Positions 9,698 through 19,227 of a stretch of 64,000 nt of DNA are shown piece after piece. Within the stretch, counting starts at the first letter, position 1. Every line of letters starts with the position of its first letter. Below the pieces are notes generated by a model. The model had not been told where the DNA came from and searched no databases. It worked only from the letters and a program-made list of their open reading frames with translations. Position numbers and translations under genes: made by a program. The stretch is from Myxococcales bacterium (GTDB lineage Bacteria > Myxococcota_A > UBA9160 > UBA4427), in assembly GCA_012959805.1 (NCBI GenBank), contig DUCN01000086.1:4002-68001 (forward strand). The letters run 5' to 3'.

Positions 9698-9857
9698 TCG
9701 CGAGGTTTCGTTTGAGAAATCGTTTGTTGCGAGAATCCGTCAAGCTGCGGATTTGATTCGAGTATTTCCCCATTACGATTCTAATTGACATTAGAGCTCT
9801 TCGACCCCAATGTAATAGGGACGACCTAATCACGTTTTCTGGTGGGGGAATACGCGC

Positions 9858-12314
9858 ATGATCGAGCGTTCAACGGGCCTCGTCTCGACCGTCACAACCG
9901 ACAAGTTTGCTTCACGACGTCCGGGGAGGCGCACGGCGTCGCCGTTTCGTCTACTCATCATCCAGTCGCTCATCGTCCTGCTTCTCAGCCTATCCCCGGC
10001 ATATTCTCAAGTTGCGAATGTTGCGGACGAAGCAGAGAGTATTGAAGCGGACGAAGAAGCATTCCAAGGCGTCGAAGAAATGATGGTCGAAGCTCGACGG
10101 CGGAGTGAGGATATTCAGAAGATCGGTGAATCGGTCAGCTCGTTCTCGGCAAACGACATCCTTGACCAAGGCCTAACGAACTTCAACGACCTGCAATACA
10201 ACGTCCCGAATCTTTTCTCCGGCGGCGGACTGACCAAGATCACGCTTCGGGGTGTCGGTAGCGAGGTCGTTGGACCCGGCGTCGATCCGGGCTTTGCCGT
10301 TCATGTCAATGGCGTGTTTTCTGCGCGTGAGACAACCGGCCTCATCAACTATTTCGATATCGAACGAGTCGATGTCCTGCGCGGCCCACAGGGAACGCTG
10401 TGGGGTCGCAACTCGACGGGCGGCGCGCTGAACATTGTCACCAAGAAAGCCGAATACTCTTTCGATGCGAACGGGGATATTGAATATAACTTTTTTGATG
10501 GCGGAAATGATGGCGCACTCATTCGCGCCATGATGAACATGCCCCTCGTCGACGACACGTTGGCCCTACGCGTGGCGCTGCTCACGACGATGAATGACGG
10601 ACAGCTAGAGAATCAAACTGAGACGAGTAGCCAGAGAGTCAATGACGCCGCAGCCACGACGCTTCGCGCTAGCCTTCGATGGGATCCCCATGATGACGTC
10701 CGGGTTGATCTCATCGGTGGCTGGCTCCGCTCCAATGGCGCGGGCCCGAGCGCGAAATTCGAAGGAGAATTCTTCACGCCGGTCAGCCCCGACCCGACAG
10801 TCCCTCTCACCCTCGGCGCAGGTCCCGGAAATGACTATACCGGCGCGCTACCGAATCCGAATGACCCGTACAAGGGGACCGCGAATGAACCAAACCGATC
10901 GGATTCCACCGTCTGGACGGCCACGATGCTCGTCGCGTGGGAAGCTGAGCTGTTCAAGCTCGATTCGATCACCGGGTACCAAAGCACTGACTTCTTCGTC
11001 CACCAGGATTTTGACTACTCAAGTCTTCCGATTTCGGTTCTCGAGCTGACGGACGAATCCCGCCAGATCTCCCAAGAGTTCGTCGTGAACTCTACATGGG
11101 ACGAACCATTTCAGTACACGGTCGGCACGATCTATCAATATGATTGGACACCCCAGACGCTCGTCCGAATCGACGAACCCGTGGCGACAAACGACGTAGT
11201 TCCATATCGACTCCTGGCACTCCCAGCGTTCGTCGACGGCCCCCTAGTCGAAAAGGACGCAGGCGATCCCTTTGAAGTCTTCACGAATGCCCTCACTGAA
11301 GCAAAAAATCATGTCTTCGGTCTCTATACCAATCTAAGCTTCGAGATCCTCGAAGGCTTGAAATTGACGGCCGGCGCACGTTACAGCTACACCCATCGAA
11401 CCTGGAACGACGACACCCTCGCCCAGACCTTCGTCGGCGTAAACTCAGCGACCATCCCGCCCCTTGGAGCCCTGGTGGTCCAAATCGGTGAACATCAACG
11501 CGACAGCTGGGATGCCGGAACCTGGAAGGTCGGCGTCGAATGGGAGGCCACGGAAGATAACTTGCTCTGGGTCAGCGTCGGGACTGGCTCTCGCGCTGGT
11601 GGCTTCAACTTCGCGGAAGAAAGCTCCTTCAAGCAGGAGGAGATCCTGGCCGTTGAGGCGGGTATCAAGAACAGCTTCTTCGACAACCGGCTCACTGTGA
11701 ACATCGCCGGATTCTGGTATGACTGGACCGATTCGCAGATCGGTGCCACCGAGGGTGGGCTGCCGACCACGAAGAACGCTCCATCCGCCAAATCGTATGG
11801 CGTCGAGCTCGATTTTCGCGCAATGCTGCTGAGGCGGAATCTCATTCTCAACGGAAGCTTCGGCTGGCTCGAGGCTGAGTACAACAAGGACTTCTCAGAC
11901 TTTGACGGCACGATTCAAGACTTCAGCCTTTTGCTCCCTCCCCGTTCGCCCGACGTCAACATCAATGGCAATCGCATGCCCCGCAGCCCGCGTTTCACCG
12001 CCTCCTTCGGCGCCATGTATGTGATCGATCGCGGTCGCATGGGCACCTTCACTCCTCGCGTAGATTTCTACTATCGCGACAAAGTCCAATTCCGCCAGTA
12101 CGGAAACCCGGACGACGTCGCAGATCGCTACACGCGAACCGATGCCCGAATTGTCTGGCGATCGGAATCCGAACAGTTCTGGGGAGAAATATTCGGACGC
12201 AACCTCGAGAACGAGGCTGTCAAGACCAACCAATCGATCATCGCCTCCATCTACCGCGCGCACAATTACGATGCACCTCGAAGTTTCGGATTCCGAGTCG
12301 GATACAACTATTAA
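9858..12314 (+). CDS. TonB-dependent outer-membrane receptor
   Basis: The signal peptide is LLIIQSLIVLLLSLSPAYSQ. The plug region reads EEMMVEARRRSEDIQKIGESVSSFS...ITLRGVG...VDVLRGPQGTLWGRNSTGG. A long beta-barrel follows and ends in the aromatic terminus FGFRVGYNY. Confidence 0.9.
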   Translation: MIERSTGLVSTVTTDKFASRRPGRRTASPFRLLIIQSLIVLLLSLSPAYSQVANVADEAESIEADEEAFQGVEEMMVEARRRSEDIQKIGESVSSFSANDILDQGLTNFNDLQYNVPNLFSGGGLTKITLRGVGSEVVGPGVDPGFAVHVNGVFSARETTGLINYFDIERVDVLRGPQGTLWGRNSTGGALNIVTKKAEYSFDANGDIEYNFFDGGNDGALIRAMMNMPLVDDTLALRVALLTTMNDGQLENQTETSSQRVNDAAATTLRASLRWDPHDDVRVDLIGGWLRSNGAGPSAKFEGEFFTPVSPDPTVPLTLGAGPGNDYTGALPNPNDPYKGTANEPNRSDSTVWTATMLVAWEAELFKLDSITGYQSTDFFVHQDFDYSSLPISVLELTDESRQISQEFVVNSTWDEPFQYTVGTIYQYDWTPQTLVRIDEPVATNDVVPYRLLALPAFVDGPLVEKDAGDPFEVFTNALTEAKNHVFGLYTNLSFEILEGLKLTAGARYSYTHRTWNDDTLAQTFVGVNSATIPPLGALVVQIGEHQRDSWDAGTWKVGVEWEATEDNLLWVSVGTGSRAGGFNFAEESSFKQEEILAVEAGIKNSFFDNRLTVNIAGFWYDWTDSQIGATEGGLPTTKNAPSAKSYGVELDFRAMLLRRNLILNGSFGWLEAEYNKDFSDFDGTIQDFSLLLPPRSPDVNINGNRMPRSPRFTASFGAMYVIDRGRMGTFTPRVDFYYRDKVQFRQYGNPDDVADRYTRTDARIVWRSESEQFWGEIFGRNLENEAVKTNQSIIASIYRAHNYDAPRSFGFRVGYNY

Positions 12315-12370
12315 CCCCACTACACACGTGGAGTGGAACGTCGCGCAGCGTTGAGCGTCCCGGAGCCATC

Positions 12371-12844
12371 ATGACCGACCGGGGTCCCAAGAAATCGGGC
12401 ACGAAGAAAGTGCGCCGCGCAAAAACGGCCAAAACAGAAGGCGGTTCGGGTTCAGCGAAGCGCAAGCGATCCGTTGCACGCGCCGGCGCGAGTGGGGGGC
12501 CAGCATTACGAGCCGGGAAAGCCGAGAACAGGGCCCGGTCAGGGGCACGCGGTGAACAACACCGCCTGAAACGCGAAGCGATCTTGCGCATCGCCTCGCG
12601 CCTCATCAACCGAAAAGGCTACGCCGGAATGTCGCTGGCGGACATCGCCGACAAGCTTCATATCCGAGATGCCTCGCTTGACTACTATTTCAAGAGCACG
12701 GAAGAACTCGTCTTCGCCAGCTTCGAACGTGCGCATTCGCTCCGTGCCCGGTCACTATCTGGGCGTTCCAGAAGCAGAGTGGCCCAACCTCGCCAAAGAG
12801 GTCGTCATGAATGTCCGGCGCTTTCTGGCGGCCTAGCAATCTGA
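12371..12844 (+). pseudogene. TetR/AcrR-family HTH protein with a K/R-rich leader and an apparently truncated or chimeric C-terminus
   Basis: The HTH is REAILRIASRLINRKGYAGMSLADIADKLHIRDASLDYYFKSTEELVFASFERAH. After it the frame degenerates into an R/S-rich tail. A different frame (12747..12836) reads PGHYLGVPEAEWPNLAKEVVMNVRRFLAA*, which looks like the C-terminus of an unrelated enzyme. There is no room for a TetR ligand-binding domain before the next gene at 12941. Confidence 0.5.
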
Positions 12845-12940
12845 GAAAGGGCTCCGAAGGTTCGTCGCGGACATCGACTTCTGAGATACCATCGGGCTTC
12901 GGATCGGCTGCGCGATCCGAAAACGTCGAGTTTCCTTGCC

Positions 12941-15900
12941 ATGTCCAGTCCGTCGCCGAAGACCGCCCGTTCCAATTCCGATGACGATGCGGATAAAAAG
13001 TCGAAGAGCCATTCCCAGGCTCCGCAGGGCGGACTGGCGCGCTTCGCCGCCGCGATGCGAAATGGCTTGGAAATTGCGCGCTTCGGCGGCATCTCCGAAC
13101 GCGAGCCCTCGCCATTCGAAATCATTGTCGAAGGCGACCACCACCGACTGAGACGATATTTTGCGGACGGGCCTCTCGGAAATGGCGCCGAAGCCGAATC
13201 GAGCGCGCCCGACACCCACGCCGACCCACCGGACACGAGCGAATCTCGACCGCCGGTCCTGCTCGTTCCACCCCTCATGATGACGGCCGAGGTCTGGGAC
13301 GTCGCGCCGAATGCAAGCGCGGTGTCTTCTCTTTACGAAGGTGGCGCTGATCCCTGGGTCGTCGATTTCGGATCCCCGGAGCAGGAAGAAGGCGGACTCG
13401 ACCGTACCCTGACCGATCATGTCCTGGCCGTGTCTGAATCCATCGACACCGTGCAGCAAGTCACCGGGCGACGCGTGCATGTCATGGGTTATTCCCAGGG
13501 CGGAATGTTCGCCTATCAGGCCGCCGCCTATCGAAAATCCAACGGCATCGCCTCGCTCGTGACCTTCGGCAGCGGCGTCGACCTGCATCAGGGAATCCCG
13601 CTCGGAATTCCAGTCGAACTCGTCGTCGATTCGATCGAACGTTTCGGAAAGATCCAGGAAGCACTGATGCCTGCGGGTATTCCATCCTGGGCGACTCGCA
13701 TCGGTTTCCAGCTCATGGATCCGATCAAGACCGTGCAACAGCGCGTCGACTTTGCTCGGCGTCTTTATGATCGCGAGGCGCTCCAAAAGCGCGAAGGGAT
13801 GCGTCGCTTCATGGGCGGTGAAGGTTGGACAGCATTTCCGGGACCCGCGCTCGCGGATCTCATGAAACAGCTGGTCGCACAGAATCGTCTGCTCCGCGGC
13901 GGCCTCGTCATCAACGAAGAGACGGTCACACTCGCCGATATCACCTGCCCGATCCTGGCCTATGTCGGTCTCTCAGACTCCGTCGCACCGCCGCGGACTG
14001 TGCGTGCGATCCATCAGGCGGCGCCCGAAGCAGACTGTTACCAGATCAAGGTTCCGGCCGGACACTTCGGACTCGTTGTCGGGTCGCGGGCCAATCAGGT
14101 CACCTGGCCCTCCACCCTCGAATGGCTCGCTTGGGCCGAGGATCGTGGCGAATTGCCAAGTTCCGCTTCACATCTCATCGAGCGTCCGAACGTGCCCCAA
14201 CGGAACGCGGCCGTGGACGATCTTCGCGCGGCGGCATCCCTCTTCTGGGATCTCAGCATAGGCGCCCTCGGAACCTCGGTTCAGGGAATTACCGAACGCG
14301 TCGGCATTCTAGGAAGACTCGCGCAAAACGTGGTCCCCCAGCTTCCGCGCCTGAACCGTCTGGCCGATATCCGTAGTGGAACGCGTGTGAGTCCCGGACT
14401 CTCGCTTCGCGAGCGTGCCAAGGAAGCGCCCGATGACACCTTTTTTCTCTTCGAGGGTCGCGCGCATAGCTATCAGGCCGCGGATATTCGAATCGACAAT
14501 ATCGTTCGCGGTCTGATCTCCTGCGGAGTCCGTCACGGGCAACATGTCGGCCTCTTGATGGAAACCCGGCCTAGCGCCGTGGCCGCCGCCGTCGCGCTGT
14601 CGAGACTCGGTGCTGTGACGGTCTTCCTTCGGCCCGACATATCACTTGAAATGCAACTCGAGGTCGCGCCGGTCGAGCATCTACTCTTCGATCCGGAGCG
14701 GGCAGAGAAGGTTTCGGCTCCGCCGGGATTTTCGGTGCTCGTACTCGGTGGCGGAGGCGATCCCAGAGCACTCGGACCCGGCTTGATCGACATGGAAGCC
14801 ATTGATCCCGAGGCGGTGGAGCTACCCGAATGGTATTCGCCCGATCCGGGCCTGGCCGGCGAACTCGCCATCGTGCTCATCACCGGAGACGGCGACCATC
14901 TCGGAACGAGCCGCGTCAGTAACCGGCGGTGGGCGACCTCCGCCTTCGGTACCGCGTCGGGCTGTGCACTCACACCGCGCGACACCATTTACTGTCGCTC
15001 CGCCGTTCATCACGCAACCGGGTACCTGGTCTGTGTGGGCGGCGCGTTGGTGAGTGGTGCTCGCCTGGCGATGGCCTCCGAGTTTACTTCGATTATCGAT
15101 CCGGACCTGTTCTGGAAAGACGTGCGCCGCTACGGAGTAAACGTCGTCTTCTACACCGGCTCGTTATGCACGGTTTTGGTTAATCGCTCCGAAACTCGAC
15201 AAGAACGCTATCACTCGATTCGACTCTTCGCGGGCAGCGGCATGCCCAGGGGACTCTGGCGGCGGCTGATGCAACGCTTCGCGCCAGCAACCGTCGTCGA
15301 GTTCTTTGCTTCAACCGAAGGCAACGCGGTCCTGGTCAACTTGACGGGTGAGAAGATCGGCTCCCTCGGTCGCCCGCTTCCGGGGGGCGGTGAGTTAGGC
15401 GTTGCGGCCTGGGATCTCGCCCATGGCAGACTGGTCGAAAACCCGAGTGGATTCGCTGGACCGTGCGCGGTCGGAGACATCGGCCTGCTCGTCGAACGGG
15501 TCGACCGCGAGCGAGGCGAACTCGAAGGGAGGCCGCTTCGGGGCGTATTCGAGTCCGCCGATGCCTGGTTGAGCACTCGAGATCTCGTTCGAATCGACGG
15601 TGACGGCGACTATTGGCTCGTGGATCATGTCGATGATGTCGTTCATACCGCTAGAGGCGCAGTCACGACAATTCAGATCGAAGCCGTGCTCACCTCCGAG
15701 GTCGAGTCGATCGACCTGGCGGCCGCCTATGGCCTGGCCATCCCGGGACTCAAACATGAAGTTCCCGCCGCCGCCATTACGCTCCGCCCGAATGCAAAGC
15801 TCGACCTCCTCGCGCTGCGCCTCGCCGTTCGAAGACGCCTTCGCGACATCGATCGTCCCGTCGTCATTCGACTGATCGAAGAAATGCCACTGACGGCTGG

Positions 15901-16066
15901 ACATCGAACTCGCAAGCGATCACTTCGTCAAGACGGACTCGGCTTCGAGGGCTGTGGGGAAATCTATTGGCTGGCACCCGGCGAAGAAGGGTATGTGCCA
16001 CTCTCGCCCGACAATCTCGACCAACTGATCACGTTCCTGACCGACATCGAAACGACATTTCACTAA
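12941..16066 (+). CDS. Bifunctional alpha/beta-hydrolase (PHA-synthase/lipase-like) plus AMP-forming acyl-CoA synthetase fusion (Rv1683-like)
   Basis: The product is 1041 aa. The N-terminal half carries the nucleophile elbow HVMGYSQGG in a PhaC-like alpha/beta fold. The C-terminal half resembles an adenylate-forming FATP/FadD-type enzyme (LAIVLITGDGDHLGTSRVSN, YCRSAVHHATG, VVFYTGSL, EFFASTEGN, WLSTRDLVRIDGDGDYWLVDHVDD). Confidence 0.75.
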   Translation: MSSPSPKTARSNSDDDADKKSKSHSQAPQGGLARFAAAMRNGLEIARFGGISEREPSPFEIIVEGDHHRLRRYFADGPLGNGAEAESSAPDTHADPPDTSESRPPVLLVPPLMMTAEVWDVAPNASAVSSLYEGGADPWVVDFGSPEQEEGGLDRTLTDHVLAVSESIDTVQQVTGRRVHVMGYSQGGMFAYQAAAYRKSNGIASLVTFGSGVDLHQGIPLGIPVELVVDSIERFGKIQEALMPAGIPSWATRIGFQLMDPIKTVQQRVDFARRLYDREALQKREGMRRFMGGEGWTAFPGPALADLMKQLVAQNRLLRGGLVINEETVTLADITCPILAYVGLSDSVAPPRTVRAIHQAAPEADCYQIKVPAGHFGLVVGSRANQVTWPSTLEWLAWAEDRGELPSSASHLIERPNVPQRNAAVDDLRAAASLFWDLSIGALGTSVQGITERVGILGRLAQNVVPQLPRLNRLADIRSGTRVSPGLSLRERAKEAPDDTFFLFEGRAHSYQAADIRIDNIVRGLISCGVRHGQHVGLLMETRPSAVAAAVALSRLGAVTVFLRPDISLEMQLEVAPVEHLLFDPERAEKVSAPPGFSVLVLGGGGDPRALGPGLIDMEAIDPEAVELPEWYSPDPGLAGELAIVLITGDGDHLGTSRVSNRRWATSAFGTASGCALTPRDTIYCRSAVHHATGYLVCVGGALVSGARLAMASEFTSIIDPDLFWKDVRRYGVNVVFYTGSLCTVLVNRSETRQERYHSIRLFAGSGMPRGLWRRLMQRFAPATVVEFFASTEGNAVLVNLTGEKIGSLGRPLPGGGELGVAAWDLAHGRLVENPSGFAGPCAVGDIGLLVERVDRERGELEGRPLRGVFESADAWLSTRDLVRIDGDGDYWLVDHVDDVVHTARGAVTTIQIEAVLTSEVESIDLAAAYGLAIPGLKHEVPAAAITLRPNAKLDLLALRLAVRRRLRDIDRPVVIRLIEEMPLTAGHRTRKRSLRQDGLGFEGCGEIYWLAPGEEGYVPLSPDNLDQLITFLTDIETTFH

Positions 16067-16126
16067 CACCCACAAACCACACTCCCAGTCGAACAAGAAT
16101 CGTTCGCGGGACAAGGAGTATTTCAC

Positions 16127-16525
16127 ATGGCACTTCGCGCAATCGCGGGCTTGATCGGTGCACTCTTTCTTGTGCAGACCGCTGGCTGGATCCTGGACCC
16201 GGCCACCGCTGCGGAAGGCCTGGGGATGCCCCTGCTCGATGGGCTGGCCCGAAGTACGCAGATCGGCGACTTCACGAGTTTCTTCCTCGCGCTCGGCTCC
16301 ATGGCCATGCTCGGAGCGATCCGTTCGAACGGAACCTGGCTGCGGGCCAGCGCGATTCTCCTCGGCGGAGCAGCCATCATGCGTACGTTGGCCTGGGCGA
16401 TTCACGATGCCGAACTGGCCACGGAACTCATCGTCATCGAGGCAGCCTTGGCCATCGTGCTACTCGCCATCGCGTCCCGATTCGACGCTGCGGCAACGGA
16501 TCCGGCGACCGCCGAAGTCAATTGA
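16127..16525 (+). CDS. Small 4-TM membrane protein (DUF4345-like)
   Basis: A good RBS (AAGGAG) lies 8 nt upstream of the ATG. The 132-aa product has four hydrophobic segments. The family assignment is from memory only. Confidence 0.5.
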   Translation: MALRAIAGLIGALFLVQTAGWILDPATAAEGLGMPLLDGLARSTQIGDFTSFFLALGSMAMLGAIRSNGTWLRASAILLGGAAIMRTLAWAIHDAELATELIVIEAALAIVLLAIASRFDAAATDPATAEVN

Positions 16526-16591
16526 TTCAGCACATCAAGCGTTGACCGCGCCGCCTATTCCGGCCACTCCGAATAGACCCATGGAGAGATC

Positions 16592-17332
16592 GTGACCGAA
16601 ACCGAATACCCGAAAATCACGCCCCATTGGGACGCGACCAAGCTCAGTCAGACCGAGATGTGGACCCAGAAGCGACGGCTGGCAAGCGCCATGCGCCTCG
16701 TCATCGAGCGCCTGGTTCCCAGCAACGCTCCGGTCGACGAACTTCGCCGCGCCGCAGTCGCCCTCGAGGGCTACGCCAAGGCGCTCAAGAATCATCCGCG
16801 CTTGCGGGATGCGCGTCTCTTTGGCGAATCTGCAAATGCGGGAGATGTCGGCGCTTTTTTTGATCAAAGCCCGCTCATCGGCCTCGCCAATCCCCTTGCG
16901 CCGCCCATCACAATTGGCCGTAAAGACGATCGCCATGCGCATGCGACAGCGGTCTTTGGATCCGCCTATGAGGGCCCACCGGGTTCCGTGCATGGCGGCT
17001 TCATCGCAGCCGCTTTCGACGAGGTCCTTGGATTTGTGCAGTCCCTCTCCGGCAATCCGGGCATGACGGGAACATTGACGGTCAAGTACCGAAGCCCAAC
17101 GCCGCTGCATTCCCCGTTGCTCTTCGAAGCAAGTCTGGACCGCGTGGAAGGTCGCAAGATATTTACGAGTGCCACCCTCGAAGCGAACGGAAAACTCTGC
17201 GCGGAAGCCGAGGGCATCTTTATTTCATTCCACAAAGAACAAATGGAAGAACTGACGCAGGCCCGCGCCAATCGTGAAGCGCTGCGTGAAGATGAAGAGG
17301 CCGCGACCGACGATGCCGACTCGCGCTCTTAG
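16592..17332 (+). CDS. PaaI/hotdog-fold acyl-CoA thioesterase with an N-terminal extension
   Basis: The core PGSVHGGFIAAAFDEVLGFV...GMTGTLTVKYRSPTPL...GRKIFTSATLEANGKLCAEAEGIFI is a typical PaaI-type hotdog sequence. Confidence 0.75.
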   Translation: MTETEYPKITPHWDATKLSQTEMWTQKRRLASAMRLVIERLVPSNAPVDELRRAAVALEGYAKALKNHPRLRDARLFGESANAGDVGAFFDQSPLIGLANPLAPPITIGRKDDRHAHATAVFGSAYEGPPGSVHGGFIAAAFDEVLGFVQSLSGNPGMTGTLTVKYRSPTPLHSPLLFEASLDRVEGRKIFTSATLEANGKLCAEAEGIFISFHKEQMEELTQARANREALREDEEAATDDADSRS

Positions 17333-17766
17333 GCGCCGCCCAACTTTCGGTAGTCGACTGTGCGCCATCGATCCGGCTGCATGACGAAGACCAGCCCGTC
17401 CTCGTTCGCGCTGTTCGCAACATACGCGTCGCCCATTTCGTCACCGAAATAGCGGCGTGCCATTGGGCGAAGATCGCCCTCGAGGTCTGCATCACGGGTT
17501 TCGACGATTGGGCCCTCGACGCTCACGTACTGGTAGATCGGGGGTTCCTCGATCTGGGCGACGAGACTGAACCGGCCGGCCTTCTGCATTGCCTTACCCT
17601 TGACCGAGCCCGCATCCGTAATGACCCACAACCCGGTCTCTGGCTTGTATCCGTACCAGATTGGCACCGTCAGCGGCGGCCGATCCTCCTGCTCGATCGA
17701 AATCACACCGACATGGAGATCGGCGAGAAAAACTTCGCGTTCTTCTCGAGTCATGGCCATCGACAT
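17329..17766 (-). CDS. Pyridoxamine 5'-phosphate oxidase family (PPOX-class, possibly F420/FMN-binding) protein
   Basis: The product is 145 aa and contains MTREEREVFLADLHVGVISIEQEDRPPLTVPIWYGY...GLWVITDAGSVKGKAM, the split-barrel PPOX pattern. Confidence 0.7.
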   Translation of the reverse strand: MSMAMTREEREVFLADLHVGVISIEQEDRPPLTVPIWYGYKPETGLWVITDAGSVKGKAMQKAGRFSLVAQIEEPPIYQYVSVEGPIVETRDADLEGDLRPMARRYFGDEMGDAYVANSANEDGLVFVMQPDRWRTVDYRKLGGA

Positions 17767-17830
17767 TGCATGTTCCTTTTCAGAGGTGTTGGCTAAGGGC
17801 GCGTCGAAGGTCCGATCGATTTCAAATGGA

Positions 17831-19126
17831 CTACCAGGGATGTACCTGAACGGGCAATTCGATAAAGCCCTTCACAAAGTTGGATCGAACCCGGATCGGC
17901 TCTCCCACGACTTCAACCAACCGAAAGCGCTTCATGGCTTCTTCCCAGGCGATCCGTAGCTGCATTTCGGCCAACCGGCTGCCCAAACAAAAGTGGACGC
18001 CCCAGCCAAAGGACAAGTGTTGTTTGGAATTGGCTCGGTCGATAAGAAATTCATTTGCCCTATCGATGACCGTTTCGTCTCGATTGGCCGACACATACCA
18101 CATGACGACCTTCTCACCCTTCTTGATCGACTTGCCCGCCAATTCGGTGTCACGGGTCGCGGTTCTCCGCATGTGAGCGAGCGGCGTCTGCCAACGAATG
18201 ATCTCGTTAACCATATTGGGGATGAGGTCCGGGTTGTCACGCAGCTTCTGATATTCCTTCGGGTTTTCGTTCAGAGCCAAAACCCCGCCGGTCAGAGAAT
18301 TGCGCGTCGTATCGTTTCCGCCCACGATCAACAGGATGAGCGTCCCCAGATATTCCAGCGGCTCGAGATCTTTCGTCACATCGCTATTGGCGAGGGCCGT
18401 GATCAAATCGAGGCGCTCCCCCTGCGGCTTGTTCTCACGCTGCTTCCAGAGTTCCTGAAACTCAGCGAGGCATTCCATGAGCACCTTTTGCCGTGCTCCT
18501 TCCGTGACATCGGTCGCGCCGGTCTGCATCGGACTCGCCGTCGCCATATCGGACCAGTGGGTGAGCTTTCGTCGTTGCTCATAGGGAAAATCAAAGAGCG
18601 TCGCGAGCATTCCCGTCGTGAGTTCGATCGAGACCTTGTCGACCCAGTCGAAGGTCTCACCAATCGGGAGCCCGTCCATGATTTCGATCACTCGCTCGCG
18701 AATGATCGGCTCGAGTTTCTTGAGGTTGCGTGGACCCGCGACCGGCTGAGCAACCTTGCGGTGTGCAGTATGCCGGGGGCCATCCATCGTGATGAAGCCC
18801 GCCTCGATCGGAAAGTCCGGATCGGGATCGCCCACAACGATGCTATGCACGGAGGAATAGGTCTCAGGATCCTTCTCGACGGTCATGATGTCATCGAATT
18901 TCGTCACCGACCAATAAGCACCGAACTCGCTTTCCGCACAATAATGGACGGGATCTTCCTTGCGAAGACGTTCGAAGTATCCCCACAGCGTATCGGTCTC
19001 GAAAAGCTCCGAATCCGCGACGTCGATTTTTTCGATCGGTATGGAATAAGGATCAGCGCCTGCTTGACCAAGAGATGGAATGGGCGTGGTTTTAGTGGCT
19101 TCGCTCATGGGGGGTCTCCTCACCAA
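17831..19126 (-). CDS. Cytochrome P450, CYP153-like (terminal alkane/alkyl hydroxylase type)
   Basis: The Cys-ligand loop is HLSFGWGVHFCLGSRLAEMQL and the EXXR motif is EIIRW. The I-helix LILLIVGGNDTTRNSLTGG carries the GGNDTTRN signature I associate with CYP153. Confidence 0.8.
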   Translation of the reverse strand: MVRRPPMSEATKTTPIPSLGQAGADPYSIPIEKIDVADSELFETDTLWGYFERLRKEDPVHYCAESEFGAYWSVTKFDDIMTVEKDPETYSSVHSIVVGDPDPDFPIEAGFITMDGPRHTAHRKVAQPVAGPRNLKKLEPIIRERVIEIMDGLPIGETFDWVDKVSIELTTGMLATLFDFPYEQRRKLTHWSDMATASPMQTGATDVTEGARQKVLMECLAEFQELWKQRENKPQGERLDLITALANSDVTKDLEPLEYLGTLILLIVGGNDTTRNSLTGGVLALNENPKEYQKLRDNPDLIPNMVNEIIRWQTPLAHMRRTATRDTELAGKSIKKGEKVVMWYVSANRDETVIDRANEFLIDRANSKQHLSFGWGVHFCLGSRLAEMQLRIAWEEAMKRFRLVEVVGEPIRVRSNFVKGFIELPVQVHPW

Positions 19127-19227
19127 AGGTGGTCGATGCGTTCCACTACAGTAACACGAATCATGGGTCCGAATTCGCCGCGTTGAGGGGACCGACGCCT
19201 TCGCCGATTCGAGTTACAGTGGGAACG

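Noticed and set aside
9698-9857. A Fur box or cobalamin riboswitch upstream of the TonB-dependent receptor.
   Set aside because: There is only weak AT-rich similarity (ACGATTCTAATTGACATTA) to the Fur consensus. No B12-box (GCCACTG-like) element is present. The direct repeat TCGTTTG x2 is too short to interpret.
17993-19186. Long ORFs antisense to or overlapping confident genes. Examples are 17993..19186 (+), 12833..13786 (-), 220..996 (-), 5518..6258 (-), 8075..8851 (+), 37323..38081 (-), 59189..60310 (+), 61280..62260 (+) and 62539..63666 (+).
   Set aside because: Their translations are R/P/S/G-rich and low in complexity, with no motifs. They lie opposite to or out of frame with genes carrying clear family signatures. 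This is typical shadow-ORF behaviour in GC-rich DNA.
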